50,757 nt of DNA, from the NCBI GenBank assembly GCA_903831805.1, contig CAIKZD010000006.1, positions 1 through 50,757 of the forward strand. Direction: 5' to 3'. Position numbers and translations under genes: made by a program. The stretch comes from an uncultured bacterium (GTDB lineage: Bacteria; Patescibacteriota; Minisyncoccia; Moranbacterales; UBA2206). Within the stretch, counting starts at the first letter, position 1, and each line of letters opens with the position of its first letter. Below, piece by piece: positions 21,392-31,454 of the stretch. A model generated the notes under the pieces. It ran no database searches. It was given only the letters and a program-made list of their open reading frames with translations, and was not told the DNA's origin.

Positions 21392-21464
21392 TGCGCCGGG
21401 CAGGAATCGAACCTGCGACCAATAGCTTAGAAGGCTACTGCTCTATCCACTGAGCTACCGGCGC
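21392..21464 (-). tRNA. tRNA-Arg(UCU)
   Basis: Cloverleaf; anticodon loop ctTCTaa. Confidence 0.92.
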
Positions 21465-21523
21465 ATGATTGGTCGCGCGGACACTATGAAATACTAGCGT
21501 ATTCAGTGGTTCTCGTCAATCTT

Positions 21524-22837
21524 TTAGAGGCCATGCGCTTTTTTGTAAATATCCCATTCGTTTTGAGACCATTTTTGCGGTTTTTCGGTGATGAGTGGTG
21601 ATGCAGCGCCAGTTGAATCGGGATGCGGATAGTGGGAAGGGGAATTATAGGCACTGTTAAAAATATCGTTTTGAATCAATTTTCCGTCTTTGTCATAGAC
21701 TTCTTGGGTGAAAGTGGCTTTCATGGAACCGTCCGGATTATGCTCCAATATTTTTGGCCCGATTACATTAGTTTTCCGACCGTCCGAAGTGCCATAAAAA
21801 TCAAAAAATAATTTTGTCCCTTCAATTCTGTTTTCAACGAGAATATACCCCGGCGTATTATTGATGAAGCGCAAATCCGGACGGGGGATGTACACCGTCG
21901 AATCCATGCCTTGCGGATTATAATAGCCGACTGGATAAGCGTGTGGCGTTCGGGCGGTAATTTTCAAGCCGGAGTAGATGGCTGCACGAAAAGCCGTCGT
22001 GGACACTTGGCAGATGCCTCCGCCAAATTGCAATTCGGTCGCATTGCCGACAATCGAAAGTTCCGGCCGGTAGCCATGCTGCGCGTCCACGTCGCCCAGA
22101 TTTTGAATAAAAGAAAACTCTTCCCCAGGCTTGATTAGTACGCCATTAAATTGTTGGAGGGCCCTTTTGATGTTAAAGATCCGGTTCACCGGCGAACCAC
22201 GGAAATCAGAAACGCCTTCTCCGACGAGGGTATTGATGCCGAGGTTTTCGATGGAATCAGTGGACACAATGGGGTCAGTTTTTTTGACCGGTAGCGTGAG
22301 GGTAACGCTGAAATCGCCGCGATTGATATAGTCGGTCAAAATTTGGGCACTTTGGTCCATGTCTAATTGGACGCCCGGACTGCTCAAAGAGAAGGTGGAC
22401 ACTTTGCCATCAGCCATTTGCAACTTAGCATCGACTGCAGCAGTGTCAGTCTTGGCTGCTAAATTTTGCAAAAAAGTTTGCAGATTATTTTCATCAAGCG
22501 CGCGCGTATAGGCTTTTTGTAGGTGACCATAAAGGTCGTAAGGAAAAACCAAGTGGCAAGTCAGAGATTTCTTATACAGGCAAAAGTCCGGATTTTCTAT
22601 CTCGGAACGATATTTTTGGTTGGGAGAAAGCTTGGCGGTTTCATCAATCAAGCTTAGGAGGTCCGAAGGAGAGAAAGGATAGGCCGTGCCATTGACGGAT
22701 AAGGTCAAATCGGTGGGAATTTTGTCCGGCGAAAAGGCTTGCGAAAAATCACCTGCCATACCATTGCCGGTTGCTGCGGCCGTAGGCAAAGCCCAAAATA
22801 GACAAAATAAAACTGGTAAAAATTTGGATATTTTCAT
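21524..22837 (-). CDS. VanW family protein with peptidoglycan-binding region
   Basis: NGVLIKPGEEFSF, GGGICQVSTT, DLRFINNT; signal peptide from MKISKF. Confidence 0.88.
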   Translation of the reverse strand: MKISKFLPVLFCLFWALPTAAATGNGMAGDFSQAFSPDKIPTDLTLSVNGTAYPFSPSDLLSLIDETAKLSPNQKYRSEIENPDFCLYKKSLTCHLVFPYDLYGHLQKAYTRALDENNLQTFLQNLAAKTDTAAVDAKLQMADGKVSTFSLSSPGVQLDMDQSAQILTDYINRGDFSVTLTLPVKKTDPIVSTDSIENLGINTLVGEGVSDFRGSPVNRIFNIKRALQQFNGVLIKPGEEFSFIQNLGDVDAQHGYRPELSIVGNATELQFGGGICQVSTTAFRAAIYSGLKITARTPHAYPVGYYNPQGMDSTVYIPRPDLRFINNTPGYILVENRIEGTKLFFDFYGTSDGRKTNVIGPKILEHNPDGSMKATFTQEVYDKDGKLIQNDIFNSAYNSPSHYPHPDSTGAASPLITEKPQKWSQNEWDIYKKAHGL

Positions 22838-22996
22838 GTATAAAATATAGCATAAAACAGGGGAAAAGGTAATGTATGGAATTTTTTGCAATTTTACGAT
22901 CTATCAATTTTTTGGTATAAGTTATTTTAAGGTAGTGTTACGCGAACGGTCCGCCTGCGCTGGTGCTTAGGCGAACAGTCCGCTGGCTGGGAACAA

Positions 22997-23023
22997 AAAA
23001 CACGAGAAAGGTTCTCGTGTTTT
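22997..23023 (-). terminator. Intrinsic terminator after hsp20
   Basis: aaaacacgagaa-agg-ttctcgtgtttt. Confidence 0.65.
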
Positions 23024-23047
23024 GAAGGTATGAATTTCAAATAAGCA

Positions 23048-23590
23048 CTAGAATCCCCGCACTTGGATCTTTTTCGTGCGGGTGTTGTCGGCTTTGGGCA
23101 TTTTGATGGTCAGGATGCCGTTTTTCATGGAAGCTTCAATCTTGTCGGCCAGGACATCGATTGGCAAAATGATGGAACGGGAGAAGCTGCCCCAATAACA
23201 TTCTTGATAATAGTAGTTTTCTTCGCCCACTTCGTCGTCCTGTTTTCTTTCACCGCGGATGGTGATCATGTCGTTTACGATGCTGACATCCAGATCTTCC
23301 GGTTTCACGCCGGCAATGGTGGATTTGATGACCACATCGTTGTCAGTCTGGTAGACATCAATGGTCAGTTGCCCTTCGCCATCTTCTGAAGGGGCGGAGA
23401 AAGCGGCTTCTTCACGATGCGCGCGGCGCGGGGTGGAATTGAAAAGCACTTCGGTTTGGGTGTCTTCGGAATAGATTTCCGGCGAGGTGAAGTTCCGCTC
23501 TCGCTCAAAGGTGTTTTCCATCTCATCCTCTTCCTCAATTCTTTTGGCCCCAGTCAATTTTTCGAAAAAAGATTTTTTAACTTTCGTCAT
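23048..23590 (-). CDS. Hsp20/alpha-crystallin small heat-shock protein
   Basis: IDVYQTD, GVKPEDLDV, WGSFSRSIILP, ASMKNGILTIKMPK. Confidence 0.92.
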   Translation of the reverse strand: MTKVKKSFFEKLTGAKRIEEEDEMENTFERERNFTSPEIYSEDTQTEVLFNSTPRRAHREEAAFSAPSEDGEGQLTIDVYQTDNDVVIKSTIAGVKPEDLDVSIVNDMITIRGERKQDDEVGEENYYYQECYWGSFSRSIILPIDVLADKIEASMKNGILTIKMPKADNTRTKKIQVRGF

Positions 23591-23638
23591 ATAAATATTT
23601 TGTTTTATCTTATTACTCACTTCTATTTAAAGTATAAT

Positions 23639-24214
23639 TTAATTCTTTTGGCTTGGCAAGGAAGCTTTGGCCGGGGGCATTTTTAGGGCTAAAAAACAGA
23701 GAAAAATGACGAAGAGCGGGAGGCCAAGAATCAGCCAAAAGCTCAAAGAAAAAAGCACTAATAGATTGAAAGCCAGATGGGTAAAAAGGGCCAAGAGGAA
23801 AAAGAAAAAAATGACGGCCCGAAAACCGATTTTCTTGGAAAAGTAATAACCAAAAATGCCGGCGGTGGCCGAGTGGATGAGGAGCAGGCCTAGATATGAC
23901 AGCAAAATTTCTTGCGACAGCCGGGGATTGTCGGCAAAATTGAGCAGGATCTCCGGCAGGGCGAAACCCAGTCCAAAGCAGAGCGCGCGGGTGAAAATAT
24001 TTTTTTTGTCCGAACTGTTCTGCAAAAGTTTTCCAATGAGAAGCAGCGAAAAAAGTTCTTCGATGAAAACTCCTATCGGCATAAACCAGGCGGGGGCGGC
24101 AGGCGCGGCCACCGCACTGAGCGGGGTAACAAAAATCAGGGCCACCGATTCTAAGGCTAGTGCGCCGAGCGCGGCGAGCATCCCCCAAAAAAGCATTTTT
24201 AATTTTTCAGTCAT
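23639..24214 (-). CDS. PrsW-like intramembrane glutamic protease family protein
   Basis: Multi-TM; IEE, GLGFALPE, IH..TAGIFG, HLAFN. Confidence 0.6.
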   Translation of the reverse strand: MTEKLKMLFWGMLAALGALALESVALIFVTPLSAVAAPAAPAWFMPIGVFIEELFSLLLIGKLLQNSSDKKNIFTRALCFGLGFALPEILLNFADNPRLSQEILLSYLGLLLIHSATAGIFGYYFSKKIGFRAVIFFFFLLALFTHLAFNLLVLFSLSFWLILGLPLFVIFLCFLALKMPPAKASLPSQKN

Positions 24215-25314
24215 TGGTTTTTTAATTTTAAATTAGCGTCCGTTTCTAAATTTTTCCAATTATCTTGCCAACTATTTTTATCCTGCGTGGCGTGGTAGCG
24301 AAAATGAGCTGCGGCGCCAATCATGGCGGCGTTGTCGCCGGAATATTTTATATCGGGTAAAACGCAATTCACATTTTCTAGTTCTGCCGCCACTTTGGCC
24401 GCTAAACATTTACGCAATTCCATATTGGCGCTCACCCCGCCCGCCAGCATCACGGTCTTGACGCCGTATTTTTTGGCGGCGGCCATGGTTTTTTTAGTGA
24501 GCACTTCCACCGTGGCCGCTTGGAATTCAGCCGCCAATTCAGTGACTAATAGTTCTTTCTTATCACTCGGCAAATTCTTGCTCAGACTTCTGAATTTATA
24601 TAGCACTGCCGTCTTTAGTCCTGAGAAGGAAAAATTAAAATCCTTGGAATTAATCATAGGACGAGGAAGAGATAATTTCGAATTTTCTAACCCCGATTTT
24701 ATTCTAAATTCTAAATTCGAAATTCTAAATTCTTCGGCGATAGCCGAGATCGCTGGTCCGCCGGGATAGCCTAAGTCTAAAATTCTGGCCACTTTGTCGA
24801 AAGCTTCTCCGGCCGCGTCGTCCAGCGTCTCGCCCACAATTTCATAATCCAAATGCTTTTTCATGAGCACCAGTTGTGTATGTCCGCCGGAAACCACCAG
24901 ACATAAGATCGGAAATGTAATCTCCTCAGTTTTGGTTTGATGAATAAAATTGGCGTAGATGTGTCCTTCGATATGATGGATGCCAATTAGTGGTACCTGC
25001 CAGAGATAGCTTAATGTTTTGGCTGCGCCTACCCCGACGAGCAGGGCCGGGATGAGCCCAGGACCGTTGGTGACGGCGATAAGGGAAATATCGCTTTGGT
25101 TTACGCTGGCTTCTCGGAGCGCTTGTTCTACGACCGGCAGCATATTTTTCAAATGTTCACGCGCCGCCAGATTGGGCACGACGCCGCCCCACTTGGCATG
25201 CAGGGCGACTTGCGAAGAGACTACGTCAGAGAGCAGCGAAAAACCGGCAGCCGTGCTTTCTAGGACGGCGGCGGCGGTTTCATCGCAAGAAGTTTCAAGA
25301 GAGAGGATAAACAT
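24211..25314 (-). CDS. tsaD: tRNA N6-threonylcarbamoyltransferase TsaD
   Basis: LETSCDET, GGVVP, HHIEGH, VSGGHT, DDAAGEAFDK, FSFSGLKT, DNAAMI. Confidence 0.96.
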   Translation of the reverse strand: MFILSLETSCDETAAAVLESTAAGFSLLSDVVSSQVALHAKWGGVVPNLAAREHLKNMLPVVEQALREASVNQSDISLIAVTNGPGLIPALLVGVGAAKTLSYLWQVPLIGIHHIEGHIYANFIHQTKTEEITFPILCLVVSGGHTQLVLMKKHLDYEIVGETLDDAAGEAFDKVARILDLGYPGGPAISAIAEEFRISNLEFRIKSGLENSKLSLPRPMINSKDFNFSFSGLKTAVLYKFRSLSKNLPSDKKELLVTELAAEFQAATVEVLTKKTMAAAKKYGVKTVMLAGGVSANMELRKCLAAKVAAELENVNCVLPDIKYSGDNAAMIGAAAHFRYHATQDKNSWQDNWKNLETDANLKLKNQ

Positions 25315-25410
25315 AAGCAAAGTTATAGGTTAGCCGGCGGTTCGCGGATTTTCTAATAGTATAGTATCATTATTATATTGAAATACAAACTATAATTTTC
25401 AGTATTAACA

Positions 25411-26022
25411 ATGCTTGAAAACAAATCCAAAATTGAATTGACCGACAACGAGCTGGTGCAAATCGTGCGGGATAGGGATGCGGAAAGATACGCCGAACTG
25501 ATCGATAGATATCAGGGTAAGCTTTTTGCCTATCTATACCGTTTGACTGGTGCCCGCGAAGAAACGGAAGATCTATTACAAGATGTTTTCATCAAGGCCT
25601 TTAAAAATCTCCACAGCTATGACACTGAGCGGAAGTTTTCTTCCTGGATCTATCGCATCGCACACAATGAGGCAGTCAATCATATCAAACGGCGCGCCCT
25701 CAAGCGCTTTATCCCGTGGGAAGATATTACGGCGACCAAAGATATACTGGTCATGTCCAGTTCGGCCGAAGGGGCGGACACGGCGCAGATCAGAGAAGAA
25801 ACCCGGACGGAAGTGGATGAGGCCATTAACCGTTTGCCTTTCAAGTATAAGCAAGTGTTGACCCTGCGCTATTATTCGGATAAATCATACGAAGAAATCA
25901 GTGAGATTCTCGGGAAACCGATCAACACTGTCGGGACCCTCATCAATCGGGCTAAGAAAAAAATGGCGGCTGAAATTGAAAAAAATAATCAGAGAAATAA
26001 TAATAAGGGCAAAAAGATATGA
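25411..26022 (+). CDS. ECF sigma-70 factor (SigW-like)
   Basis: EDLLQDVFIKAF, FSSWIYRIAHN, region 4 SYEEISEILGKPINTVGTLINRAK. Confidence 0.92.
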   Translation: MLENKSKIELTDNELVQIVRDRDAERYAELIDRYQGKLFAYLYRLTGAREETEDLLQDVFIKAFKNLHSYDTERKFSSWIYRIAHNEAVNHIKRRALKRFIPWEDITATKDILVMSSSAEGADTAQIREETRTEVDEAINRLPFKYKQVLTLRYYSDKSYEEISEILGKPINTVGTLINRAKKKMAAEIEKNNQRNNNKGKKI

Positions 26023-26705
26023 ACAATGACAACGCAGGCCGGAGGGAGAAGGATATGAAAGCGCAGGTGATGGCGGATATCAAACAGAAAAAGATCAAAA
26101 TGCGGAGGCGCCTTATTTTTGTCATGGAAAAACTCGGCTTAAAAGGAGCTCTTTTGGCCATGCTTCTTCTCGGCGCGGTCTTGGTCAGTCTCATTTTTCA
26201 TTTCATCGCGCATATCCGCCTGGAGAAATTCTTAACTTTGGGTTTCCCCGGCACCCGGATTTTCTTTATGACTTTGCCCTACGACTACTTCCTCTTTTTT
26301 GCTTTGGCGATCGTTCTCGCGATCTATTTCGCCAATCGTCTGGAATTGTTCTGTGGAAAATGCGAGCATACGGAAGCTTTCATCGTTTGGTTTTCCTTGG
26401 GCGCCCTGGTCCTGGGCATTTTTTTCGGAATGTTGGGGGTGGGCGGTTCTTTGGGCGGCTGGTCGCGTAACAAAATTCCGCCCGCCGCCGCTATCCACGG
26501 AAAAATTAAGAGTTTTATGGATAACGAAGTAACAGTGGTAGATGAAGATGGAGAAGTAGTAAAAGTTTTTCTGCCCAGCTCCAGTGTTCCGCCTAAGCGA
26601 GATGATTTTATTGAAGATAAATTCCTGCGGGCCGTGGGCACCCGCGACAAGCATGACCCATTCATTTTCCACGCCGACAGAGTGCGCTGTTGTGATGATG
26701 ATTAG
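26019..26705 (+). CDS. Membrane protein, candidate anti-sigma factor
   Basis: ATGA-coupled to the ECF sigma gene; 3 TM plus C-terminal beta domain. Confidence 0.55.
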   Translation: MNNDNAGRREKDMKAQVMADIKQKKIKMRRRLIFVMEKLGLKGALLAMLLLGAVLVSLIFHFIAHIRLEKFLTLGFPGTRIFFMTLPYDYFLFFALAIVLAIYFANRLELFCGKCEHTEAFIVWFSLGALVLGIFFGMLGVGGSLGGWSRNKIPPAAAIHGKIKSFMDNEVTVVDEDGEVVKVFLPSSSVPPKRDDFIEDKFLRAVGTRDKHDPFIFHADRVRCCDDD

Positions 26706-26803
26706 TACGGGATTGACCAAATATTTTTTTCATGTTAGAATCTTTTTGATGTCTGAAATAAGCGTGCCTGCCTCGGGCACTCTATTTATTCACAAAAAAA
26801 CAT

Positions 26804-26879
26804 GCCGCGTTCGTCTAGTCCGGTCCAGGACGCCAGGTTTTCATCCTGGAAATCATGGGTTCGAATCCCATACGCGGTA
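26804..26879 (+). tRNA. tRNA-Glu(UUC)
   Basis: Anticodon arm ccagg-ttTTCat-cctgg; GGTTCGAATCC T-arm. Confidence 0.92.
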
Positions 26880-26980
26880 CACGCCTAGAAACTTCCTAAT
26901 GGGGGAGTTTTTTGTTTTGCCAAAAGTTTCATCCAGGCGTAAACTGAAAATGTGTATAATAATTTGAACATAAAAACACT

Positions 26981-27214
26981 ATGGAAAATGAAAATGAAAT
27001 ACTAGCCGAGAGTCTTGAGAAATTGTCGGCCAACGTGAACAGGGCAAGCTCTTTCAAGCGCTCTTTTTTGCAAGGCATCTTTTTCGGCTTGGGCAGTGCC
27101 ATCGGAGCGGGCATCATCGCCGCCATTCTCATCGGCACCCTCAATTGGTTCTTCCACTCGGCTAGCAGAGTGCCGGCGTTCCGAAACGCGGAAAACATCT
27201 GGCTACAGAAATAA
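26981..27214 (+). CDS. Small membrane protein
   Basis: FLQGIFFGLGSAIGA TM segment; TATAAT upstream. Confidence 0.7.
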   Translation: MENENEILAESLEKLSANVNRASSFKRSFLQGIFFGLGSAIGAGIIAAILIGTLNWFFHSASRVPAFRNAENIWLQK

Positions 27215-27224
27215 TTGAAAAACT

Positions 27225-27497
27225 ATGGACAGAAAGATCGGAACCAAAAATAAAAGAAGGATATATATTTTGCTCGCTATCATTTTAGGTATGCTCTTAG
27301 CCGTGATTGCGGCCGCCCTCATCGACCAGGCGCGCATCACTAGCAGTTCATTGTCTGAGGAATTGCCAGAAAGTGTGATCGGAATATTCCTCATCGGTGG
27401 GATGATGCTGGGCTATGTCCTCGGCGTACGCTGGTGGCAGATTGTCTATGTCGAGAAAAGGCATTGGAGAAGATGGAAAGGCGAAGGTTGCAAGTAG
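27225..27497 (+). CDS. Small 2-TM hypothetical protein
   Basis: Two hydrophobic segments, ending GVRWWQIVYVEKR. Confidence 0.65.
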   Translation: MDRKIGTKNKRRIYILLAIILGMLLAVIAAALIDQARITSSSLSEELPESVIGIFLIGGMMLGYVLGVRWWQIVYVEKRHWRRWKGEGCK

Positions 27498-27542
27498 TTG
27501 ATTATAATGATACAATATCATTATAATAATTAACTTAGTAAA

Positions 27543-28487
27543 ATGGAGGAAACAAAAAACAAAATAATCATCTATAAGACCGAGGACGGGGAAATGAAAA
27601 TTGAAGTGGCGTTGGAGGATGAGACGGTTTGGCTGTCGCAAAAGCAGATGGCGGAGCTGTTTGACTGCAGCGTCGATAATGTGGCGCTTCACTTGAAAAA
27701 TGTTTATTTGGAGGGAGAGTTGGATGAAGAAACAACTTCCGAGGAAACCTCGGTAGTTCAAAAAGAGGGATCCAGAGTGGTAAATCGGATCATAAAAAGG
27801 TATGATTTGGATGCGATTATTTCGGTTGGATACAGAATAAATTCCTTACGAGGCACACAATTTCGCATTTGGGCGACACAGCAGTTACGGGAATATATAG
27901 TGAAAGGTTTTGTGATGGATGATGTGCGATTGGCCAATGGTGGAGTGAAAAAGTCATATTTCACCGAATGGGAAGAGCGGATCAGGCGGATCAGGACTTC
28001 GGAAGCCAATTTTTATCAGAAAGTACGTGACGTTTTTGCTACTAGCGTCGATTATGATCCAAAGACTGACTATGCCAAACAATTTTTCGCGACAGTGCAG
28101 AACAAATTCCATTTTGCCATCACTGGGCTCACGGCTTCGGAGATAGTCGTTTCCAGAATTGACAGCGACAAGGTGAATTTAGGATTGACGAATTGGAAAG
28201 GAGAAGTTATCACTAGGGAGCAGGCGCAAGTGGCCAAAAACTATTTAGCTGAGCTGGAGCTTAAGAGGCTGAATCTTCTAGTGGAACAATTTTTGTCATT
28301 TGCGGAGTTGCAGAGCGTGGAACAACGGGCGATGTATATGAAAAACTGGCTGGAAAAATTGGATGGTTTTTTGATCTTGAATGACAAAAAGATTTTAGAA
28401 AATTCCGGCCGTGTCTCACATCTGGAAATGGAGAAGATTGTAAGAGATAGGTTGAAGAAGTATAATGAGGGTAATAGGTTGAAATAA
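27543..28487 (+). CDS. RhuM-family (virulence_RhuM) protein
   Basis: ETVWLSQKQMAELF, YDLDAIISVGYRINS, TQFRIWAT, RIRRIRTSE, QNKFHFAITG. Confidence 0.9.
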   Translation: MEETKNKIIIYKTEDGEMKIEVALEDETVWLSQKQMAELFDCSVDNVALHLKNVYLEGELDEETTSEETSVVQKEGSRVVNRIIKRYDLDAIISVGYRINSLRGTQFRIWATQQLREYIVKGFVMDDVRLANGGVKKSYFTEWEERIRRIRTSEANFYQKVRDVFATSVDYDPKTDYAKQFFATVQNKFHFAITGLTASEIVVSRIDSDKVNLGLTNWKGEVITREQAQVAKNYLAELELKRLNLLVEQFLSFAELQSVEQRAMYMKNWLEKLDGFLILNDKKILENSGRVSHLEMEKIVRDRLKKYNEGNRLK

Positions 28488-28541
28488 TTACGTAATTTCC
28501 GCCTGAGGCGGATCAGCCTATGGCTGAAATTACTTACATAC

Positions 28542-29108
28542 ATGAACATCACTCAAGCACAATTCGTGAAAGGTATTTTGGGATCAGATCCAGCACTGGA
28601 CAATGGTTTTCCGCAGGTGGCTTTTGTTGGGCGGTCGAATGCCGGGAAATCGAGTCTGATCAATTCTTTGACGCGGCAAAAAAGTTTGGCGCGCACGAGC
28701 AACACTCCGGGACGCACCCAACAGATCAATCTTTTCCTCATCAATGACAATTGCTATTTTTTGGATTTGCCCGGGTATGGATATGCTAAGGCTTCGAAAA
28801 ATCGACAAGCCGAACTGGGTGGCTTGATCCGCGGGTATTTGTTTGTGGCCGAATACGAAAAGCAAAAAATCGTGCAAGTCATCGACGCCGCGGTCGGACC
28901 GACCGAGTTGGATTTGGAAATTTTGCAGATGCTAGAAAAACACGAAAAAGATATCATCATTGTGGCCAATAAGATTGATAAGGTGAAAAAAACTTTGCAA
29001 AAAAAACAGTTGGCGGACATCCAAGAAACAGTCGGCGGGCATAAAGTGGTGGCCTATTCTTCCAAAGAAAATATCGGACGCGCGGAACTTTTGCACGAAA
29101 TAATGTGA
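28542..29108 (+). CDS. engB: Ribosome biogenesis GTPase EngB/YihA
   Basis: [26 protein letters not shown]. Confidence 0.95.
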   Translation: MNITQAQFVKGILGSDPALDNGFPQVAFVGRSNAGKSSLINSLTRQKSLARTSNTPGRTQQINLFLINDNCYFLDLPGYGYAKASKNRQAELGGLIRGYLFVAEYEKQKIVQVIDAAVGPTELDLEILQMLEKHEKDIIIVANKIDKVKKTLQKKQLADIQETVGGHKVVAYSSKENIGRAELLHEIM

Positions 29109-29196
29109 CTCAGCCTTTTATATTAGAACTCGTGTGTTTCAGATTAGTCTTGTGTATATGAGAATCTGGTCATACATAATTAAATTTTTACACTAG

Positions 29197-29216
29197 ATTC
29201 CCGCCTACGCGGGAAT
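29197..29216. repeat. dRS3-like ATTCCC-N8-GGGAAT palindrome
   Basis: attccc gcctacgc gggaat, directly upstream of the GIY-YIG gene. Confidence 0.6.
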
Positions 29217-29224
29217 GACACAAA

Positions 29225-29497
29225 ATGTATTATCTTTACATTCTGCAATGTGCTGACCAAACTTTATATACTGGCATCACGACGGATTTAGAGCGCCGGG
29301 TGGCGCAGCATAACGGTGAAGCCAAGTTGGGGGCGAAATACACCTCCGCGCGGCGACCGGTCAAAGTGGTCTATTTAAAAAAATTTGAAAACCGCTCCTT
29401 GGCGGCCAAAGAAGAGGCGCGGATCAAAAAATTAGACAGAGCAACTAAGCTAAGGTTGATTGGAAGTTTAAAGAGGGAAAAAAGTAAGGTATCGTAG
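29225..29497 (+). CDS. GIY-YIG nuclease family protein (UPF0213/YhbQ-like)
   Basis: YLYILQCADQTLYTGITTDLERRVAQHN, GAKYT. Confidence 0.9.
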   Translation: MYYLYILQCADQTLYTGITTDLERRVAQHNGEAKLGAKYTSARRPVKVVYLKKFENRSLAAKEEARIKKLDRATKLRLIGSLKREKSKVS

Positions 29498-29521
29498 AGG
29501 TTCAATTCATTGAACCTCTAC
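29494..29521. repeat. GTAG-type REP-like palindrome between convergent genes
   Basis: gtagaggttcaat-tc-attgaacctctac. Confidence 0.6.
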
Positions 29522-29529
29522 AAAATTTT

Positions 29530-30264
29530 TTACGAAGTAGTAATGATATTTTTCCAGGGGCCATCGGGCACATCGGAAGCATTCACGAATTGCCAGTCGA
29601 CATTGTCTTCGCCGTTCAAATTGAGATATGTTTGCACGGCAGGGGACAGATCCAGACCGGCGTTGTCATTGCCTTGGCTAGTCGGCGCAGCCTGGCCAAA
29701 GACATAGTGGCTGTCGTTTTCGCCGAACGGCCCGACATCTTCCCATTGGGCATAAACCGTCGTGCCATTCTTGGTGATCTTTATCCATTGATTTTTCAAC
29801 ATTGATTGAGACGAATCCCAAGAAGAAGCCGCGGCCCAGTAGATAATTTTATTCGCGTCAGGTTTACGGTCGCCATTGCCATTGAAGTCATTATAGGGCA
29901 AGGCGAAATAGAAAGGATTTTCTTTGGGCGTGAAAGCCGCCGGCAGGAATCCATTCCGGCTATTAGGATCATCCGCCCCGCCATAATGTGCTTGCCAATT
30001 ATCATCCCACGCGCTAGCAGCATTGGAAATGAAAGCGTTGCTGCCTGAGGCCCCTTCACCGATCCAAAAAGTGGTGGCAATGATGTTTTTATGCAAAGGA
30101 TATTGGCCGGGAGAAAGTTGCGCCGTGTCTGTTTGATCGATTGGGCGCGCGGTTTCGACTGTCGGCGCATTAGTGGCAGAGTGCCAGTGCCAAAAAATCA
30201 GGATGATGGCTATGCCTAAAATACTGACAGCTCCGGCGATAATAACAGCTAAATTTCTTTTCAT
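29530..30264 (-). CDS. Membrane-anchored protein with putative DPBB/RlpA-like domain (paralog 1)
   Basis: N-terminal TM; ENPFYFALPYND, YAQWEDVGPF, AGLDLSPAV. Confidence 0.7.
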   Translation of the reverse strand: MKRNLAVIIAGAVSILGIAIILIFWHWHSATNAPTVETARPIDQTDTAQLSPGQYPLHKNIIATTFWIGEGASGSNAFISNAASAWDDNWQAHYGGADDPNSRNGFLPAAFTPKENPFYFALPYNDFNGNGDRKPDANKIIYWAAASSWDSSQSMLKNQWIKITKNGTTVYAQWEDVGPFGENDSHYVFGQAAPTSQGNDNAGLDLSPAVQTYLNLNGEDNVDWQFVNASDVPDGPWKNIITTS

Positions 30265-30477
30265 ATTTTATCTCTAATAAGCCAAATTGACCCAATAATG
30301 TTGCCTAAGTTTGACATTCATGCTATTATTCTATAACAATTTTGCCGAATTGAGAAGCCATTCTTGGCAACATTTTTTTCAAGATGAAAAAAATATAACA
30401 AAAAATATTTATCAATCGGCAACAATTGGTAAGGACAATTTAATAATTAAATAATTAATTTTTACGAAAAATTTATT

Positions 30478-31353
30478 ATGATAATAAATAAGAAGAGGTC
30501 TGTTTATTTTTCGATAGTTTTTATCCTGGCATCTTCCAGTCTGGCTTATGTGGCTTTGGCCAAGAATGCTTGGAAAACTAAAAACGCTAAAGCGCAAGAT
30601 ATGACTCAAGCAAAAAATAAAAAAGAAACGGATAAAGTTTCTGCCGCCGTTTCTGCTCCTGACAAGACAACTCCGGAGCCGGCAACTTCGAATCAAGCAG
30701 TGGCTGCGGCGCCTGCAACAATTGCGACGACTGCGACTGCTGCGGCCCCGGCCAAGGGAGATGAGTATCCGGTACACCAAAATATTTCCACCACTTATTT
30801 CTGGGCGGGGGAAGAAGCGGATGCTGATAACAAAAATATTTCCAATCTGCCGAGCGCCTGGGATGAAGATTGGGTCAAACATTTCGGCGGGATAGATGAT
30901 CCGGCCAAGCGAAGCGGATTCCTGCCAGCCGGCTTTACCCCCAAGGAGAATCCTTTCTATTTCGCGCTACCCTATAATGACTTCAACTCTAAAGGAGACC
31001 AAAAGAATGACGCTGTGGCCCTGGCTATGTGGGGGACCGGCACAAAATTCGGGGCTGAAGATTCGATGTGCAAAAACCAGTGGATCAAGATTACTAAAAA
31101 CGGCAAGACGGTTTATGCCCAATGGGAAGATGTTGGGCCGTTCGGCGAAGATGATAAGGCTTATGTCTTTGGTGGCGCCGCGCCGAAGAGCAAAGAAAAT
31201 TCTCACGCCGGATTGGATGTTTCTCCGGCCGTACATGACTATTTGAGTCTGGGCGATGTGGACAAAACCGATTGGCAGTTCATAGATGCTGCGGATGTGC
31301 CGGCGGGTCCTTGGAAAAATACCATCACCAAGTCGCAGACTTTTTGGCGATAA
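30478..31353 (+). CDS. Secreted protein with putative DPBB/RlpA-like domain (paralog 2)
   Basis: Signal/TM, Ala/Thr linker, same motifs as 29530-30264. Confidence 0.7.
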   Translation: MIINKKRSVYFSIVFILASSSLAYVALAKNAWKTKNAKAQDMTQAKNKKETDKVSAAVSAPDKTTPEPATSNQAVAAAPATIATTATAAAPAKGDEYPVHQNISTTYFWAGEEADADNKNISNLPSAWDEDWVKHFGGIDDPAKRSGFLPAGFTPKENPFYFALPYNDFNSKGDQKNDAVALAMWGTGTKFGAEDSMCKNQWIKITKNGKTVYAQWEDVGPFGEDDKAYVFGGAAPKSKENSHAGLDVSPAVHDYLSLGDVDKTDWQFIDAADVPAGPWKNTITKSQTFWR

Positions 31354-31454
31354 TCCGGGAAAAAAGGCTAAAAACGCTCCGAAACGCTCGGGCGTTTTTT
31401 CTTTTGAAAAATAGCGCAAGTTGGATTATTGTAGTATCATAGGAGCAGATAATA

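Noticed and set aside
26804-28487. Integrated island at tRNA-Glu carrying rhuM
   Set aside because: No integrase and no duplicated tRNA 3' end found.
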